64,000 bases of DNA, taken from positions 2,496,001-2,560,000 of the forward strand of contig OZ253564.1 in NCBI GenBank assembly GCA_965262915.1. Direction: 5' to 3'. A program made the translations under genes and the position numbers. The first letter of the stretch is position 1. Each line of letters starts with the position of its first letter. The DNA is from Candidatus Spongiisociaceae bacterium (GTDB lineage Bacteria > Actinomycetota > Acidimicrobiia > Spongiisociales > Spongiisociaceae). The notes below the pieces were generated by a model, which saw only the letters and a list, made by a program, of their open reading frames with translations, had not been told where the DNA came from and did no database searches. Shown here piece by piece: positions 36,939-47,411 of the stretch.

Positions 36939-37796
36939 GTGACTATTACTGCCGACGAGGTTGCCTTCTACAGAAGCAACGGGTTCGTACGCATCGAGAA
37001 CGTATTCGACCAAACCGCGGTCCGGGCGATGCAAGAGGCAACGGAGGGCTTCGTCGAGCGATCCAGAGCCGTGGTCCGGTCGGACGAGGTCTTCGACCTG
37101 GGCCCGGACCACTCGCCGGATGTACCGCAGCTGCGGAGGATCAAGGATCCCGAGAGGCGACACCCGGCGTACGAGAAGGTGCACAAGGCCCCGGCGTTGC
37201 TCGAGATCCTCGCCTACCTGCTGGGTCCCGACATCCGGGCTCATTCGAGCAAGCTCAATCTGAAAGGCCCCGGTGCCCGCACCGCGGTCGAATGGCACCA
37301 GGACTGGGCCTACGGCGGCGCCACCAACGACGACATCCTGACGGTGGGGATCGCCGTCAGCGACGTGACGCTCTCGAACGGGTGCCTGCTGGTCGTGCCG
37401 GGGTCCCACCGGGGCAAGATCTGGGACCACTACCAGGGTGAGGAATTCGTCGGAGCGGTCACCGACCCGGCTTTCGACCCGGCCGGCGCGGTGCCGATCG
37501 AGTTGGAGGCCGGGTCGATCTCGATCCACAACATCCGTCTGCTGCACGGTTCCGCACCCAACACCTCGACCATCCCTCGGCATCTGTTGCTGTACGCGTA
37601 TTCCGCGGCCGACTCGTGGCCTCTCTCCGGGGTCGCCGATCTCGACGCCTACGACGACCAGATGCTGCGGGGGACAGCCCCCCGAGCGCCCCGCCTCGAG
37701 AAGGTGCCGATCGGTCCGATCCCGCGCTGGCCGGAGACGGGACCCACCACCCTCTTCGCCCTGCAAGACCGGTTCGAGGGCGCCCGCTATCGGTAG
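36939..37796 (+). CDS. Phytanoyl-CoA dioxygenase (PhyH) family protein
   Basis: FYRSNGFV, KLNLK, WHQD, NGCL.VVPGSH, LLHGSAPN...R; GGAGGGAG RBS before GTG 36939. Confidence 0.9.
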   Translation: MTITADEVAFYRSNGFVRIENVFDQTAVRAMQEATEGFVERSRAVVRSDEVFDLGPDHSPDVPQLRRIKDPERRHPAYEKVHKAPALLEILAYLLGPDIRAHSSKLNLKGPGARTAVEWHQDWAYGGATNDDILTVGIAVSDVTLSNGCLLVVPGSHRGKIWDHYQGEEFVGAVTDPAFDPAGAVPIELEAGSISIHNIRLLHGSAPNTSTIPRHLLLYAYSAADSWPLSGVADLDAYDDQMLRGTAPRAPRLEKVPIGPIPRWPETGPTTLFALQDRFEGARYR

Positions 37797-37799
37797 AAC

Positions 37800-38994
37800 C
37801 GACCCTACCGGTGACGCCGAAGAACTGCGCGTCCGTGGCTATCTCGAACGACTCGTCTTCTCGCCCGACTCTGTAACCGGGTGGATCGAGGGCCGCGGCA
37901 CCGACAACTACATAAACGAGAGGTACGACAGCGTTGTGGGGTGGGTGCCCACGGCGGGCACGTTCCGGCACGGAATCGACGGGTCTGTCACCCGCTATAG
38001 CTACGACTCCGGCGGAGCCCGCCGCATGATCCAGCACAGGGAAGCTCCCTGCCGGATCAACACCTACGGGAACAGCTTCACCCATTGCGACCAGGTGAAC
38101 GACGGGGAGACGTGGCAAGAGGTCCTGGCCGCGCACATCGGCGAACCCATCCGGAACTACGGGGTCAGCGGTCATTCCGTGTACCAGATGTACCTCCGAA
38201 TGCGACGGGAGGAGGCGAGTACGCCGACTCCGTACATGATCGTCAACATCTACAACGACGATCACACGAGGAGCCTGTTCGGTTGGTCCGCCCTGAACTT
38301 CATGGTCCGAAGTACCGAGGCCATCCGGGAAGCCATCAAAAGACCGACGATGCCATACGTCGAGGTCAACCCCGCTGCCGGTAGCTTGGCGGAACGCGGG
38401 AATCCCTGCCCCACGCCCGAATACTTGTTCGATCTGTGCGACGCCGAGTGGGTCTACGAGCGGTTCAAGGAGCTCCTACCGGTGAAGGTCCTGGCCGCCG
38501 GCGCCGGGCTGGGACACCGGACAGCGGAGGAGAGCCGTACGGAGGTGATGGAAATCGCCGTGCAATACGGACTCACACCACCGCCGGCGGGTCTGGACGG
38601 GCTCTACGAGAAGCTGGAGGCCATGTACACGGAAGCGGCGCTCTTCGCCAGCATGCGCATCGTGGCCGCGATGGAGACGTTCGCGGCCCGTCACAACAAG
38701 CAGATCCTCTACGTGCTCTCCCATACCGAGAAGCATTTGGGTGGAGCGCTCCGATATGGCTCACGGGCCGACCGACCCTTCGTGGACTTCCTGGGGGAGA
38801 ACGGGTTGCCCTTTGTCGATCTGATGGAATGGCATCGCAAGGAGTTCGCGACGACCGACCTGAGCGTGGACGAGTATCTCAGGCGTTACTACATCGGCCA
38901 TTACAACCCCACGGGCAACCACTTCACCGCCTTCGCCATCAAGGACAGCCTGGTGGGAGTCCTGGAGCCGAAGCCCGTGGCATATCTCGATTAG
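37800..38994 (+). CDS. Hypothetical protein with SGNH/GDSL-like motifs (start unclear)
   Basis: INTYGNSFT, WQE.LA....NYGVSG, C-terminal GHYNPTGN; no in-frame ATG/GTG near the apparent N-terminus. Confidence 0.65.
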
Positions 38995-39008
38995 CAGCTC
39001 CGGGAGCC

Positions 39009-39899
39009 CTATGCGAGGATCTCGGCGAGTTCGATCAGCAACTCACGACTAGGATCAGCGCCTCGCTTCATCGCCTCGAGGGTTATCTTCTCGAAGAGAT
39101 CCTCGCCGATACCCTCCTCGTCGGCGAGTTGCTTCAGCGTCTCCCGGTGTGCCCGTAGATCGGGAATGGACTTCTCCGCCTGCCACAACCTGGGAAGGCG
39201 CGCCGGATATGTCAACGTATTGATCGACAGCCTTACCAGGTCGCTGGTATTCGGAATCGCCCGGTGGACGGCGCAACTGTGAAACATCAGGAAGTCACCC
39301 GCCTCCATCGCGGACGAGGACCAGACACCACCCACATTCTCCGGGAGAATGCCCTTCTGCGTACGATCCTTGAAGCCATAGGAGAGGACACCGGGAAGCT
39401 CCACGTGATCGCGGACGCCACGCCGGTGGGATCCCGCCGCGATCGCCAGTCCCCCGTTGGCGAGCTCGAGGTCCATGAGCGGAATCCAGATCATCCGGAA
39501 CTGATCCGTCTGACGGATGAAGAAGTGATCCTGATGGTTGAGCGTCAGGTACACCGCATCGGTGGGCATCGAGTAACGGAACCCGACCGAAGGGGCGATG
39601 TAACCCGGCTCCCCGTAGGCGACATCGATCGCTTCCCGTAACCTGTCCGAGGCCATGATCTCCAGGTACGAGGTCAACGCATACAAGGGGTCGTCGTCCA
39701 CGTCGCCCGACGTCAGGCCCGGCCTGGCCACAGGCTCCGACCCGCCTTCCTCGGCGACTCCCTGCCTTTGCAACTCGGCGACGGCTTCGGCCTTGGCCGC
39801 CAGCACCAGGTCACGGTCGAGGACACCCTTGAAGAGGAGATAACCGTTCTCCTCGAACGAAGCGCGTATGGCGTCGGGTCCGTCGACGTCGATCCTCAC
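39009..39899 (-). CDS. Phytanoyl-CoA dioxygenase (PhyH) family protein
   Basis: FEENGYL, HQD, WIPL, GGL...GSH, GDFLMFH...HRAIPN..RLS. Confidence 0.9.
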   Translation of the reverse strand: MRIDVDGPDAIRASFEENGYLLFKGVLDRDLVLAAKAEAVAELQRQGVAEEGGSEPVARPGLTSGDVDDDPLYALTSYLEIMASDRLREAIDVAYGEPGYIAPSVGFRYSMPTDAVYLTLNHQDHFFIRQTDQFRMIWIPLMDLELANGGLAIAAGSHRRGVRDHVELPGVLSYGFKDRTQKGILPENVGGVWSSSAMEAGDFLMFHSCAVHRAIPNTSDLVRLSINTLTYPARLPRLWQAEKSIPDLRAHRETLKQLADEEGIGEDLFEKITLEAMKRGADPSRELLIELAEILA

Positions 39900-40218
39900 C
39901 CCTTCGAAAGGAGCGTAAAGCTCGCCTTGGCTCTGTCTGGCATCCTCCTGGCACGACCGACCCCTCGCAGAAATGCAGGTACGTTCTCGTTTTGCTACGA
40001 ACCGTCCCCGCTCGTGGCCACCGGGATAGTCAGGAGCCGTTGCGGGCGGCTATCCCGGTCACTACGGTTCATCAGGGACATGGATCTCTGTATGTATAGT
40101 CCGGAACGGCGGGTGCCGCCGACCTTTTGGCGTTCCGGAATCCGTGTTCTCATCCGGTAAGCAGCGTCGAAGGCGGGCGACTATCCGGCAGGGAAGAGAT
40201 GGCGTCGAGTCGGGGAGG

Positions 40219-41307
40219 ATGACGATGGCCGGCACGATCGAGACTGTTGACGGACCGGTGACGGCGGATCAGCTCGGAGTCACCCTCACCCACGAGCACG
40301 TGTTCATCGATCTGCGGAAGTACTGGAACCCGCCGGCCGCGGTTGCCCAACTCGCCAAGGCTCGAGAGCCGGTGGCGATCCACAACATCGGGAGCCTCCG
40401 AAGAAACCCGTTGGCGAGTACCGACAATCTCGTGCTGGACGACGTGGCGGTAGCCGTTGCCGAGCTCACCGAGTTCCGGGCGATTGGTGGAGGCACGGTC
40501 GTCGACGTGACCAACCAGGACATCGGGCGGGATCCGCTGGCCATGCGGATGGTGTCCCGGCTCTCGGGCGTCCGTATCATCGCCGGATGCGGTCACTACA
40601 TCCAGATGGCCCACCCCCCGACCCTTGCCGACGAGACCATCGATCAGATCGCCGAGCGTCTCATCGGGGACCTCCAGGAAGGAATCGACGGCACCGGCAT
40701 CAAGGCGGGAGTCATAGGCGAGATCGGCACCCTGGCTCCCATACTTCCGGACGAGGAGAAGGTACTGAGGGCGGTGGCGCTCGCCCACCAGGAGACCGGC
40801 GCCCCGATCATCGTTCATATCTCCCCTCCGCCTCGCGGCGCGTGGTGGCAGGGCCACGAGGTTCTGGACATCCTCGAGCAAGGGGGAGTCGCTCCCGACC
40901 GGGTTCTCATAAGCCACCTCGACAACGTGCTGGGATCGGGCGAGATGTTCGATGTCGCCGTCCGGTACCAGGTCGAGCTCGCCGCACGCGGATGTTTCAT
41001 CGGATATGACGGATGCGGGAAGGAGCATTACTTCCCGAGCGGCTCGGCGGCCGACTACCCGTCCTTCTGGTGTGTCTCGGATCAGATCAGATCACACGCG
41101 GTTGCCGAGTTGGTGGAGGCCGGCTGCGGAGATCAACTCCTGCTCTCGCACGATGTCTGCTTCAAGATCGAGTTGGTGAGCCTGGGTGGCTTCGGCTACG
41201 GGCACATTCTGAGGGTTTTCAGTGACAACCTTCGGGACCACGGTGTGGACACGGCAATGATTCGACATATTCTCGAGGACAACCCCCGCCGGTTCCTCTG
41301 CGGATGA
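40219..41307 (+). CDS. Phosphotriesterase-related amidohydrolase (PHP-like)
   Basis: LGVTLTHEH, GGGTVVDVT..IGRD, GVIGEIG, IVH, ISHLD, LSHDVC. Confidence 0.9.
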   Translation: MTMAGTIETVDGPVTADQLGVTLTHEHVFIDLRKYWNPPAAVAQLAKAREPVAIHNIGSLRRNPLASTDNLVLDDVAVAVAELTEFRAIGGGTVVDVTNQDIGRDPLAMRMVSRLSGVRIIAGCGHYIQMAHPPTLADETIDQIAERLIGDLQEGIDGTGIKAGVIGEIGTLAPILPDEEKVLRAVALAHQETGAPIIVHISPPPRGAWWQGHEVLDILEQGGVAPDRVLISHLDNVLGSGEMFDVAVRYQVELAARGCFIGYDGCGKEHYFPSGSAADYPSFWCVSDQIRSHAVAELVEAGCGDQLLLSHDVCFKIELVSLGGFGYGHILRVFSDNLRDHGVDTAMIRHILEDNPRRFLCG

Positions 41308-41343
41308 GGGCGGGTCCTACCGTCACCAGGACCCGCATCTGAC

Positions 41344-42267
41344 ATGCCACCCGGGGTCAGGACCATCGAGTCTGCCGGGCTGCTCGTCGATGCTCGCGCC
41401 GGCCTGGGTGAGGGACCGGTCTGGGATCCCCAATCGAATCGGCTGATCTGGCTCGATCTCGTCGACTGGTGGAACAGAGCAGACGACCCGACCAGCGTGG
41501 TCCACGTCCACGATCCCGACGGCGGAGCCGGTCAGGCGATCGAGGTTGCTGGTGGCATCGGCTCGGTGGCTCTCCGCTCGGCGGGAGGGCTGGTGGTGGC
41601 CGGAGGGGACGGATTCGGCACTCTCGACCTCGGGTCCGGCACTTTCCGTCCGGTGGCTCCGCTGGGACTCGAAAAGGCCGGACACCGCTTCAACGACGGG
41701 GGATGCGACCCTCAGGGACGGTTCTGGGCGGGAACGGCTCAGCGGTCCTCCGGGCGGCCGGGCGAGTGCGCTTTGTACCGGCTCGATACCGACTGGCAGG
41801 TCGAGAAAACCTTGTCCGGCGTGACGGTTTCCAACGGGATCGGCTGGAGCCCCGACGGCGAGGTCATGTATTACATCGACACCCCCACCGGCAGGATCGA
41901 TCGCTTCCGCTTCGACGGGGAGAGCGGATCGCTGGGCCCCCGGGAGGTACTGGCGGAAGTCCCCGATAGGCTCGGTGTTCCCGACGGACTGGCCGTGGAT
42001 GCTCAAGGATGCGTCTGGGTGGCGGTGTGGGGTTCGTCGAGGGTGCTGCGGTTCACGCCCCGCGGGAGGTTGGATTCGGAAGTGGTGCTGCCGGTCTCCA
42101 TCCCTACCAGCTGCGCGTTCGGTGGTCCGGACCTGGCGACGCTGTACATCACCAGCGCGTGGGCCACCTTGACCGACGAACAGCTATCGCGCGAACCGCA
42201 CGCCGGTGGGGTCTTCGCCACCGACGTGGGCGTGGAAGGGCGTCCGGAGCCGATCTATGCCGGGTAA
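41344..42267 (+). CDS. SMP-30/gluconolactonase family protein
   Basis: LGEGPVWD, RFNDG..DP.GRFWAG, SNGIGWSPD, PDGLAVD, FGG.DL..LYITSA. Confidence 0.93.
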   Translation: MPPGVRTIESAGLLVDARAGLGEGPVWDPQSNRLIWLDLVDWWNRADDPTSVVHVHDPDGGAGQAIEVAGGIGSVALRSAGGLVVAGGDGFGTLDLGSGTFRPVAPLGLEKAGHRFNDGGCDPQGRFWAGTAQRSSGRPGECALYRLDTDWQVEKTLSGVTVSNGIGWSPDGEVMYYIDTPTGRIDRFRFDGESGSLGPREVLAEVPDRLGVPDGLAVDAQGCVWVAVWGSSRVLRFTPRGRLDSEVVLPVSIPTSCAFGGPDLATLYITSAWATLTDEQLSREPHAGGVFATDVGVEGRPEPIYAG

Positions 42268-43105
42268 GGGTGCCGGACGGGGGCCGGGGAGCGGGCCGGC
42301 GGGACGGCGCAGCGTCGTGGTTACCGGAGCAGGGCTGGGGATCGGCCAGGCGGTGGCGGAGCGGCTTGCGGCCTCGGGATGGTACGTGGTCGGAATCGAG
42401 CGGGACACCCACGCCTCCGCCTCTCTCGGGCACTACCTGGGCAACCGTGGATCGGTCGTGATCGGCGACGTGCGCGACGACGGGATCTTCGCCGCGGCCG
42501 TCGACGCGGCAGTGACGGTCGCCGACCTCGGTGCATGGGTGAACAACGCCGGGATCACCCGTCCGACCAACCTGCATGACCCGGACCGCGAGGTGATCGA
42601 AGAGCTGCTGGCGATCAACCAGAACGCCTGCATCTGGGGAAGCTCCGCAGCCATCCGGTGTTTCATGTCGCAACGCTCCGGCGGGAGCATCGTGACGATC
42701 TCCTCGATCCACGCCAGGGCTGCATACCCGGACGGGATGGCCTACGAGGTGGCCAAGGCAGGCGTTGAAGCGCTGATGCGCTACATCGCTGTGGAATACG
42801 GTCCCGTTGACGTTCGTGCCAACAGCGTGGCGCCGGCGGCGGTGATGACCTCGATGAGCCGCCGCCTTATCGACGCCACCCCTGATCCGGTCGAGACCGA
42901 GCGGATCATCGCCCGTTCGGTACCCATGAGGCGTATCGCTTCTGCGGAGGAGATCGCCGAGGTGGTGGCGTTTCTGGTTTCCGACGAGGCCTCGTACGTC
43001 AGCGGTCAATCGATCGGTGTCGACGGCGGGATGACCGCCGCCAGCCAGGTCTTCGAGACGGGCCCCGGTGTGCTCGCCGCATGGGGCAAGCCCGAGGAAC
43101 TCTGA
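42257..43105 (+). CDS. Short-chain dehydrogenase/reductase
   Basis: TGAGLGIG, NNAG, SS, YEVAK (YxxxK), VDGG. Confidence 0.92.
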   Translation: MPGKGAGRGPGSGPAGRRSVVVTGAGLGIGQAVAERLAASGWYVVGIERDTHASASLGHYLGNRGSVVIGDVRDDGIFAAAVDAAVTVADLGAWVNNAGITRPTNLHDPDREVIEELLAINQNACIWGSSAAIRCFMSQRSGGSIVTISSIHARAAYPDGMAYEVAKAGVEALMRYIAVEYGPVDVRANSVAPAAVMTSMSRRLIDATPDPVETERIIARSVPMRRIASAEEIAEVVAFLVSDEASYVSGQSIGVDGGMTAASQVFETGPGVLAAWGKPEEL

Positions 43106-43176
43106 TCCCGGATCACGGACCGTGGCAGCTTTCTTGCAATAGTTGACAGCTACAACCTCGGGATGGCTACTGGCCG

Positions 43177-44613
43177 CTAGCTACGAGCGAACGACCCGGC
43201 CAGCAACCGAGGCGGCACCCGGAATCGGCCCACCACGTCGTCCAGCCGCTCCCGCTCCGTGGTGATCTCCGCCTGGTCCCCGCACACCAGCACGGTTGCC
43301 GGCAGGAGTTGGGCGTTGTAGCGCCCGGCCTGGGGCTCCTGGTACCCGCCGGTGTCGAGGAACGCCACGAGGTCCCCCCGCACGAGCGGAGGCAAGGCCA
43401 CGTGGGGGGCGAGTTCGTCGGAACTGCACAGGGGGCCCACGAGATCGACGATCTCCGATCGTGCCGCCATCGTGTCGGTGACCGGTACCGGGTGGAAGTA
43501 CCAGTCGAGGATCGCCGCCCAGGAGAGGTGGTTGGTGGACAGGTCCAGGTTCACCCACTTCTTGCGGTCACCCTGCTTGACCGCTCCGACGGTCCCCACG
43601 GTGACGCCGGCCGGTCCCGACAGCGACCTGCCGGGTTCGAGGCGCAGCTTCGGCAACGGTAGGCCGAGGCGGCGCGCCTCGGCCTGGACCTCCCGGCTGC
43701 AGAGCCGGGCGTAGTCGTCGGCGGTCGGCGCCGTGTGGTCGTCGATCTGGGTGCGGGGGCCGGTGCCGTACCACTTGCCGAAGGTCCATCCACCGCCGAT
43801 ATCGATACAGGGGGGCGTCCACCCTGTGTGGTCGCGTATGTAACCGGACCAGGTGATCATCTCCCGCGCCATGGCGGCGAAGTCCATGGCGACGTTGGAC
43901 ATCCGGCTGAGGTGGAAGTGGGTCTCCTGCAGATGGATGTGGGGCATCGCCATCGCCTGTCTCACGATCTCGACAGTCTGGCTGCGGGTCATGCCCCACT
44001 TGGTGCTGTCGCTCTGTTCCTTCAGGGTCCCGGGCCCGTGCATGGAGACGCCGGTACGTTCCGCGAGCGGATCCAGATCGAGCTTGAGCCGGATACCGAT
44101 GTCCGCCTCCCGGCCCTGACGCCTGCAGACAGCGTCGATGCGATCGAGTTCGTCCATAGCGTCGATGTTGATGCAGAGCCCGTTGGCGACCGCCATCTCC
44201 AACTCTTCGGTGCTCTTGTTGGATCCGTTCAGGACCAGTGTCTTCGGGTCGGTTCCTGCCAGGAGTGACAGGTACAACTCGTTCACCCCGAAGCAGTCAC
44301 CCCCGGCCCCCTCCTGATTCATGATGTGCCGGTACGCGAGACCGTTGTTGGACTTGTTGGCGAACAGGATCTCGGAGGGGCCCGGGTAGCGCTTGCGGAA
44401 CGCGTCACGGAATTGGCGGTAGGTGTAGCGAAACTGGCTCTCGCTGATGATGAACAACGGGGTTCCGAAGCGTGCTGCCAACTCCGCTACCTCGCATCCC
44501 TCGATCCACAGGTTGCCGTCGGTCCCCACGCCGATGAACTCTCCGAAGTTCACCTCGTAGTCGATCGGTGTCAGCGCAGGTGCCGCAGTCCTATCGATGG
44601 CCAGGGTTGTCAT
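43177..44613 (-). CDS. PLP fold-III decarboxylase (LysA/ODC family, substrate unknown)
   Basis: FGTPL, FANKSN (PLP Lys), HFH, DIGGG, EPGR, GPLC, D.GGY. Confidence 0.85.
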   Translation of the reverse strand: MTTLAIDRTAAPALTPIDYEVNFGEFIGVGTDGNLWIEGCEVAELAARFGTPLFIISESQFRYTYRQFRDAFRKRYPGPSEILFANKSNNGLAYRHIMNQEGAGGDCFGVNELYLSLLAGTDPKTLVLNGSNKSTEELEMAVANGLCINIDAMDELDRIDAVCRRQGREADIGIRLKLDLDPLAERTGVSMHGPGTLKEQSDSTKWGMTRSQTVEIVRQAMAMPHIHLQETHFHLSRMSNVAMDFAAMAREMITWSGYIRDHTGWTPPCIDIGGGWTFGKWYGTGPRTQIDDHTAPTADDYARLCSREVQAEARRLGLPLPKLRLEPGRSLSGPAGVTVGTVGAVKQGDRKKWVNLDLSTNHLSWAAILDWYFHPVPVTDTMAARSEIVDLVGPLCSSDELAPHVALPPLVRGDLVAFLDTGGYQEPQAGRYNAQLLPATVLVCGDQAEITTERERLDDVVGRFRVPPRLLAGSFARS

Positions 44614-44635
44614 CCTCGATCCTTCCGAATTGATT

Positions 44636-45445
44636 TCACCTGCTCTCGGGATCCGGTTCCGATTCCGCGAACGCCTCGGTCACGTCGGCGAGGAAGGAGT
44701 CCAAGGCGTCCACCATGTAGAACAGGTCGACCCCGGCGACGACGAAGGTCCAGCCGAAACGTTGCACCCGTTGAACCTCACCGGTGGCGGGCATGGTCGC
44801 CGTTCCTGCCGCCAGCCCGGCATCCCTACACACCTCGACCACCTGGCGCATCACGTCCCGCACGAGCGCGCCGTCGGTCTGGCCGGGAACACCGAGCGCG
44901 GCCGACAGGTCATTGGGCCCGACCAGCAGACCGTCGAGGCCGGGTACCGAAGCGATCTCGGCCAGGTTGGCTACCGCGTCCGCGGTCTCGATCTGAACCA
45001 CGACGCCCACGTTGTCCGACGACCCTGCGACGTACTCGGCGGTGGTGCGTCCATAGCCGCCCGCCCGCCGCGGGCCGAAGCCCCGCAGGCCTACCGGCGG
45101 GTACCTGGTGTGCTCGACCACCCACCGCACCTCGTCGGCATTCCGCACCCGCGGCACGATCACGCCCGCGGCGCCCACGTCGAGCGGCTGCATGAGACGA
45201 ATCGGCTCAAGACCGCCCACCCGTACCAGCACCGGGGTGCCGGCGCCATGCGCGGCCATCACGAGGGTCTGGACCGTCTCGGGACCGATGGGGCTGTGTT
45301 CGGTGTCCAGCATGATGAAGTCGAGGGCGGAGCCGGCCATCGCTTCGGCGACCGCGACATCGGTCGAGCTGACCGTGGCGCCCAGCTGGAACTCGCGGTT
45401 CCTGAGTCGCCGTCCGAAGCCGTCGATCTTCGATTCCTCACGCAT
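44636..45445 (-). CDS. HpcH/HpaI (GarL-like) class II aldolase
   Basis: LDTEH, LVRV, LDVGA.GVIVP, YPPVGLRG, QIET, GPNDL. Confidence 0.9.
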   Translation of the reverse strand: MREESKIDGFGRRLRNREFQLGATVSSTDVAVAEAMAGSALDFIMLDTEHSPIGPETVQTLVMAAHGAGTPVLVRVGGLEPIRLMQPLDVGAAGVIVPRVRNADEVRWVVEHTRYPPVGLRGFGPRRAGGYGRTTAEYVAGSSDNVGVVVQIETADAVANLAEIASVPGLDGLLVGPNDLSAALGVPGQTDGALVRDVMRQVVEVCRDAGLAAGTATMPATGEVQRVQRFGWTFVVAGVDLFYMVDALDSFLADVTEAFAESEPDPESR

Positions 45446-45448
45446 CGC

Positions 45449-47353
45449 TCAACCTGCGCCCGAATAGTAGAACTTCTGCATTTCCCTCTCCTTGCGGTGT
45501 ATCTCGGCGATGTCGCGCATGTCCTGGCGCTGGGAAGTCTCCGCGATCCCCACATCCCACCAGGCGTCACCACCCAGCAGCATGCGGTACGGCTCCACCG
45601 GACAGACGATCACGACAGGCCGGGTGGCCTCCCGGGCGACTGCCAACGCATCCTCGAGCTCGTCGACCTCCTCCGCACGCAGCGCAAGGCATCCGAGGCT
45701 GGCGGCGTTTCCGACGAAGTCGACCGGCAGGACCTCTCCGGCGAGCCTCCCGCTCGCATCACGCCGACGGAGTTCGGTTCCGAACAGGACCCCGGTCTTG
45801 AACTCCTGCAGGTTCCGGATCGACTGGTAACCGTCGTTGGTGACCAGGATCACGGTTATCTTGATCCCTTCCTGCACGGCCGTGACGATCTCGGGGTTCC
45901 CCAGGAGCCAGTTCCCCTCCCCCATCACCACGTACACCTCGGATCCGCCCGGCCGGGCCATCTTGTATCCGATCGCCGCCGGGACCTCGTGGCCCATGCA
46001 CGAGTATCCGAATTCGAGGTGGACCTCACTCCCGTTGGAGTGGTCCCATAGCTTGTGAACGTCGGCCGGAGGCGAACCCGCCGCGGCCACGACCACATCA
46101 CCCGCCCGGGAGAATTCGTTGACGGTGCGGATCACCTCGCCCTGGCTCATCACCTGGGAGGCAGGTCGTTCCAGATGCAAGCCAACCGCGCTGTCCCACT
46201 CCCCTGCTCTGCTCACCGTCTCTGTGCGGTAGTCGGCACCGGTCGTCCAGTCCGTGCCGAGTTCGGCGGCGAGAGCCTCGACCCCGAGCCGAGCGTCGGC
46301 GACAACCGCCATTCCTCCCAGTTTGAACGCGTCCCGACCCGCGACGTTGATGGAGAGGAACCGGACATCGGGTTTTTGGAACAAGGAATGCGATCCGGTG
46401 GTGAAGTCCTGCAGACGCGTCCCGATGCATATCACCAGGTCGGCTCGGGAGGCCATGGCGTTGGCGCAGGCCGTGCCGGTGACACCGACGGCCCCCAGGT
46501 GGTACTCGCCCGCCGGGACGGATCCTTTACCCGCGAACGTCTCGCCCAACGGCACACCGTACGCCCGGCTGAAGTCTGCCAGCGCATGCCCGGCGTCGGA
46601 GTACCGCACGCCGCCGCCGGCGATGATGAAGGGCCGCTCCGAGTTTCTGACGAGAGAGACCGCCCGCTCGAGTTGGCCGGGAGATGGGGGTCTCCTGTCG
46701 ATGTGCCAGGTGCGGGGTCTGAAGAACGAGACCGGGAAATCCCATGCCTCACCCTCGGTGTCCTGATGCAGCGAGATCGTGACCGCCCCGGTCTCGGCCG
46801 GATCGGTCAGAACCCGGCACGCCTCCGGGAGCGAGTAGAGGATTTGCTCGGGGTGGGTGATCCGGTCGAAGAACCGGCTGACCGGACGGAGCGAGTCGTT
46901 GACGGTCGTGGCGGACGAGACCGGGTCCTCTATCTGCTGGAGAACGGGACCCTGGCGGCCCCTGATGAACGTGTCCGCCGGTATGAGCAGCACCGGAAGG
47001 CGGTTGGAGGTGGCGGTTGCGGCCCCCGTCACGAAGTTGGTCGAACCGGGCCCTATGGATGCCAGACATGCGAGGGTCGACATCCGGTTGGTGGCCTTGG
47101 CAAACCCGATGGCTTGATGAACCCCCGACTGCTCGTTCTTGCACTGGTAGAACGGCAGGTCGTCGCCGTACTCCTCCAGTGCCTGCCCGAGGCCGACCAC
47201 GTTCCCGTGGCCGAACAGCCCGATCGATCCTGCGACCAGCTGTCTGCGCATTCCGTCCAGTTCACTCCATTGAACCTTGAGGAACTCGACGATCGCTTGG
47301 GCGGTCGTCAGCCGGACCATGCCGTCGGTGCCATCCATTCCCGGACCATCCAT
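45449..47353 (-). CDS. iolD: 3D-(3,5/4)-trihydroxycyclohexane-1,2-dione acylhydrolase (ThDP-enzyme fold)
   Basis: RLTTAQA, FGHGNV.GLGQAL, NEQ, SIGPG, PVLQQ, GTRLQDFTTGS, EFGYSCMG, WWDV. Confidence 0.9.
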   Translation of the reverse strand: MDGPGMDGTDGMVRLTTAQAIVEFLKVQWSELDGMRRQLVAGSIGLFGHGNVVGLGQALEEYGDDLPFYQCKNEQSGVHQAIGFAKATNRMSTLACLASIGPGSTNFVTGAATATSNRLPVLLIPADTFIRGRQGPVLQQIEDPVSSATTVNDSLRPVSRFFDRITHPEQILYSLPEACRVLTDPAETGAVTISLHQDTEGEAWDFPVSFFRPRTWHIDRRPPSPGQLERAVSLVRNSERPFIIAGGGVRYSDAGHALADFSRAYGVPLGETFAGKGSVPAGEYHLGAVGVTGTACANAMASRADLVICIGTRLQDFTTGSHSLFQKPDVRFLSINVAGRDAFKLGGMAVVADARLGVEALAAELGTDWTTGADYRTETVSRAGEWDSAVGLHLERPASQVMSQGEVIRTVNEFSRAGDVVVAAAGSPPADVHKLWDHSNGSEVHLEFGYSCMGHEVPAAIGYKMARPGGSEVYVVMGEGNWLLGNPEIVTAVQEGIKITVILVTNDGYQSIRNLQEFKTGVLFGTELRRRDASGRLAGEVLPVDFVGNAASLGCLALRAEEVDELEDALAVAREATRPVVIVCPVEPYRMLLGGDAWWDVGIAETSQRQDMRDIAEIHRKEREMQKFYYSGAG

Positions 47354-47411
47354 TTGCGGCCCCCTTTCACTTCCCTCTCTGTACGTTCTTTCCCAGACGG
47401 GTGGCAGGGCT

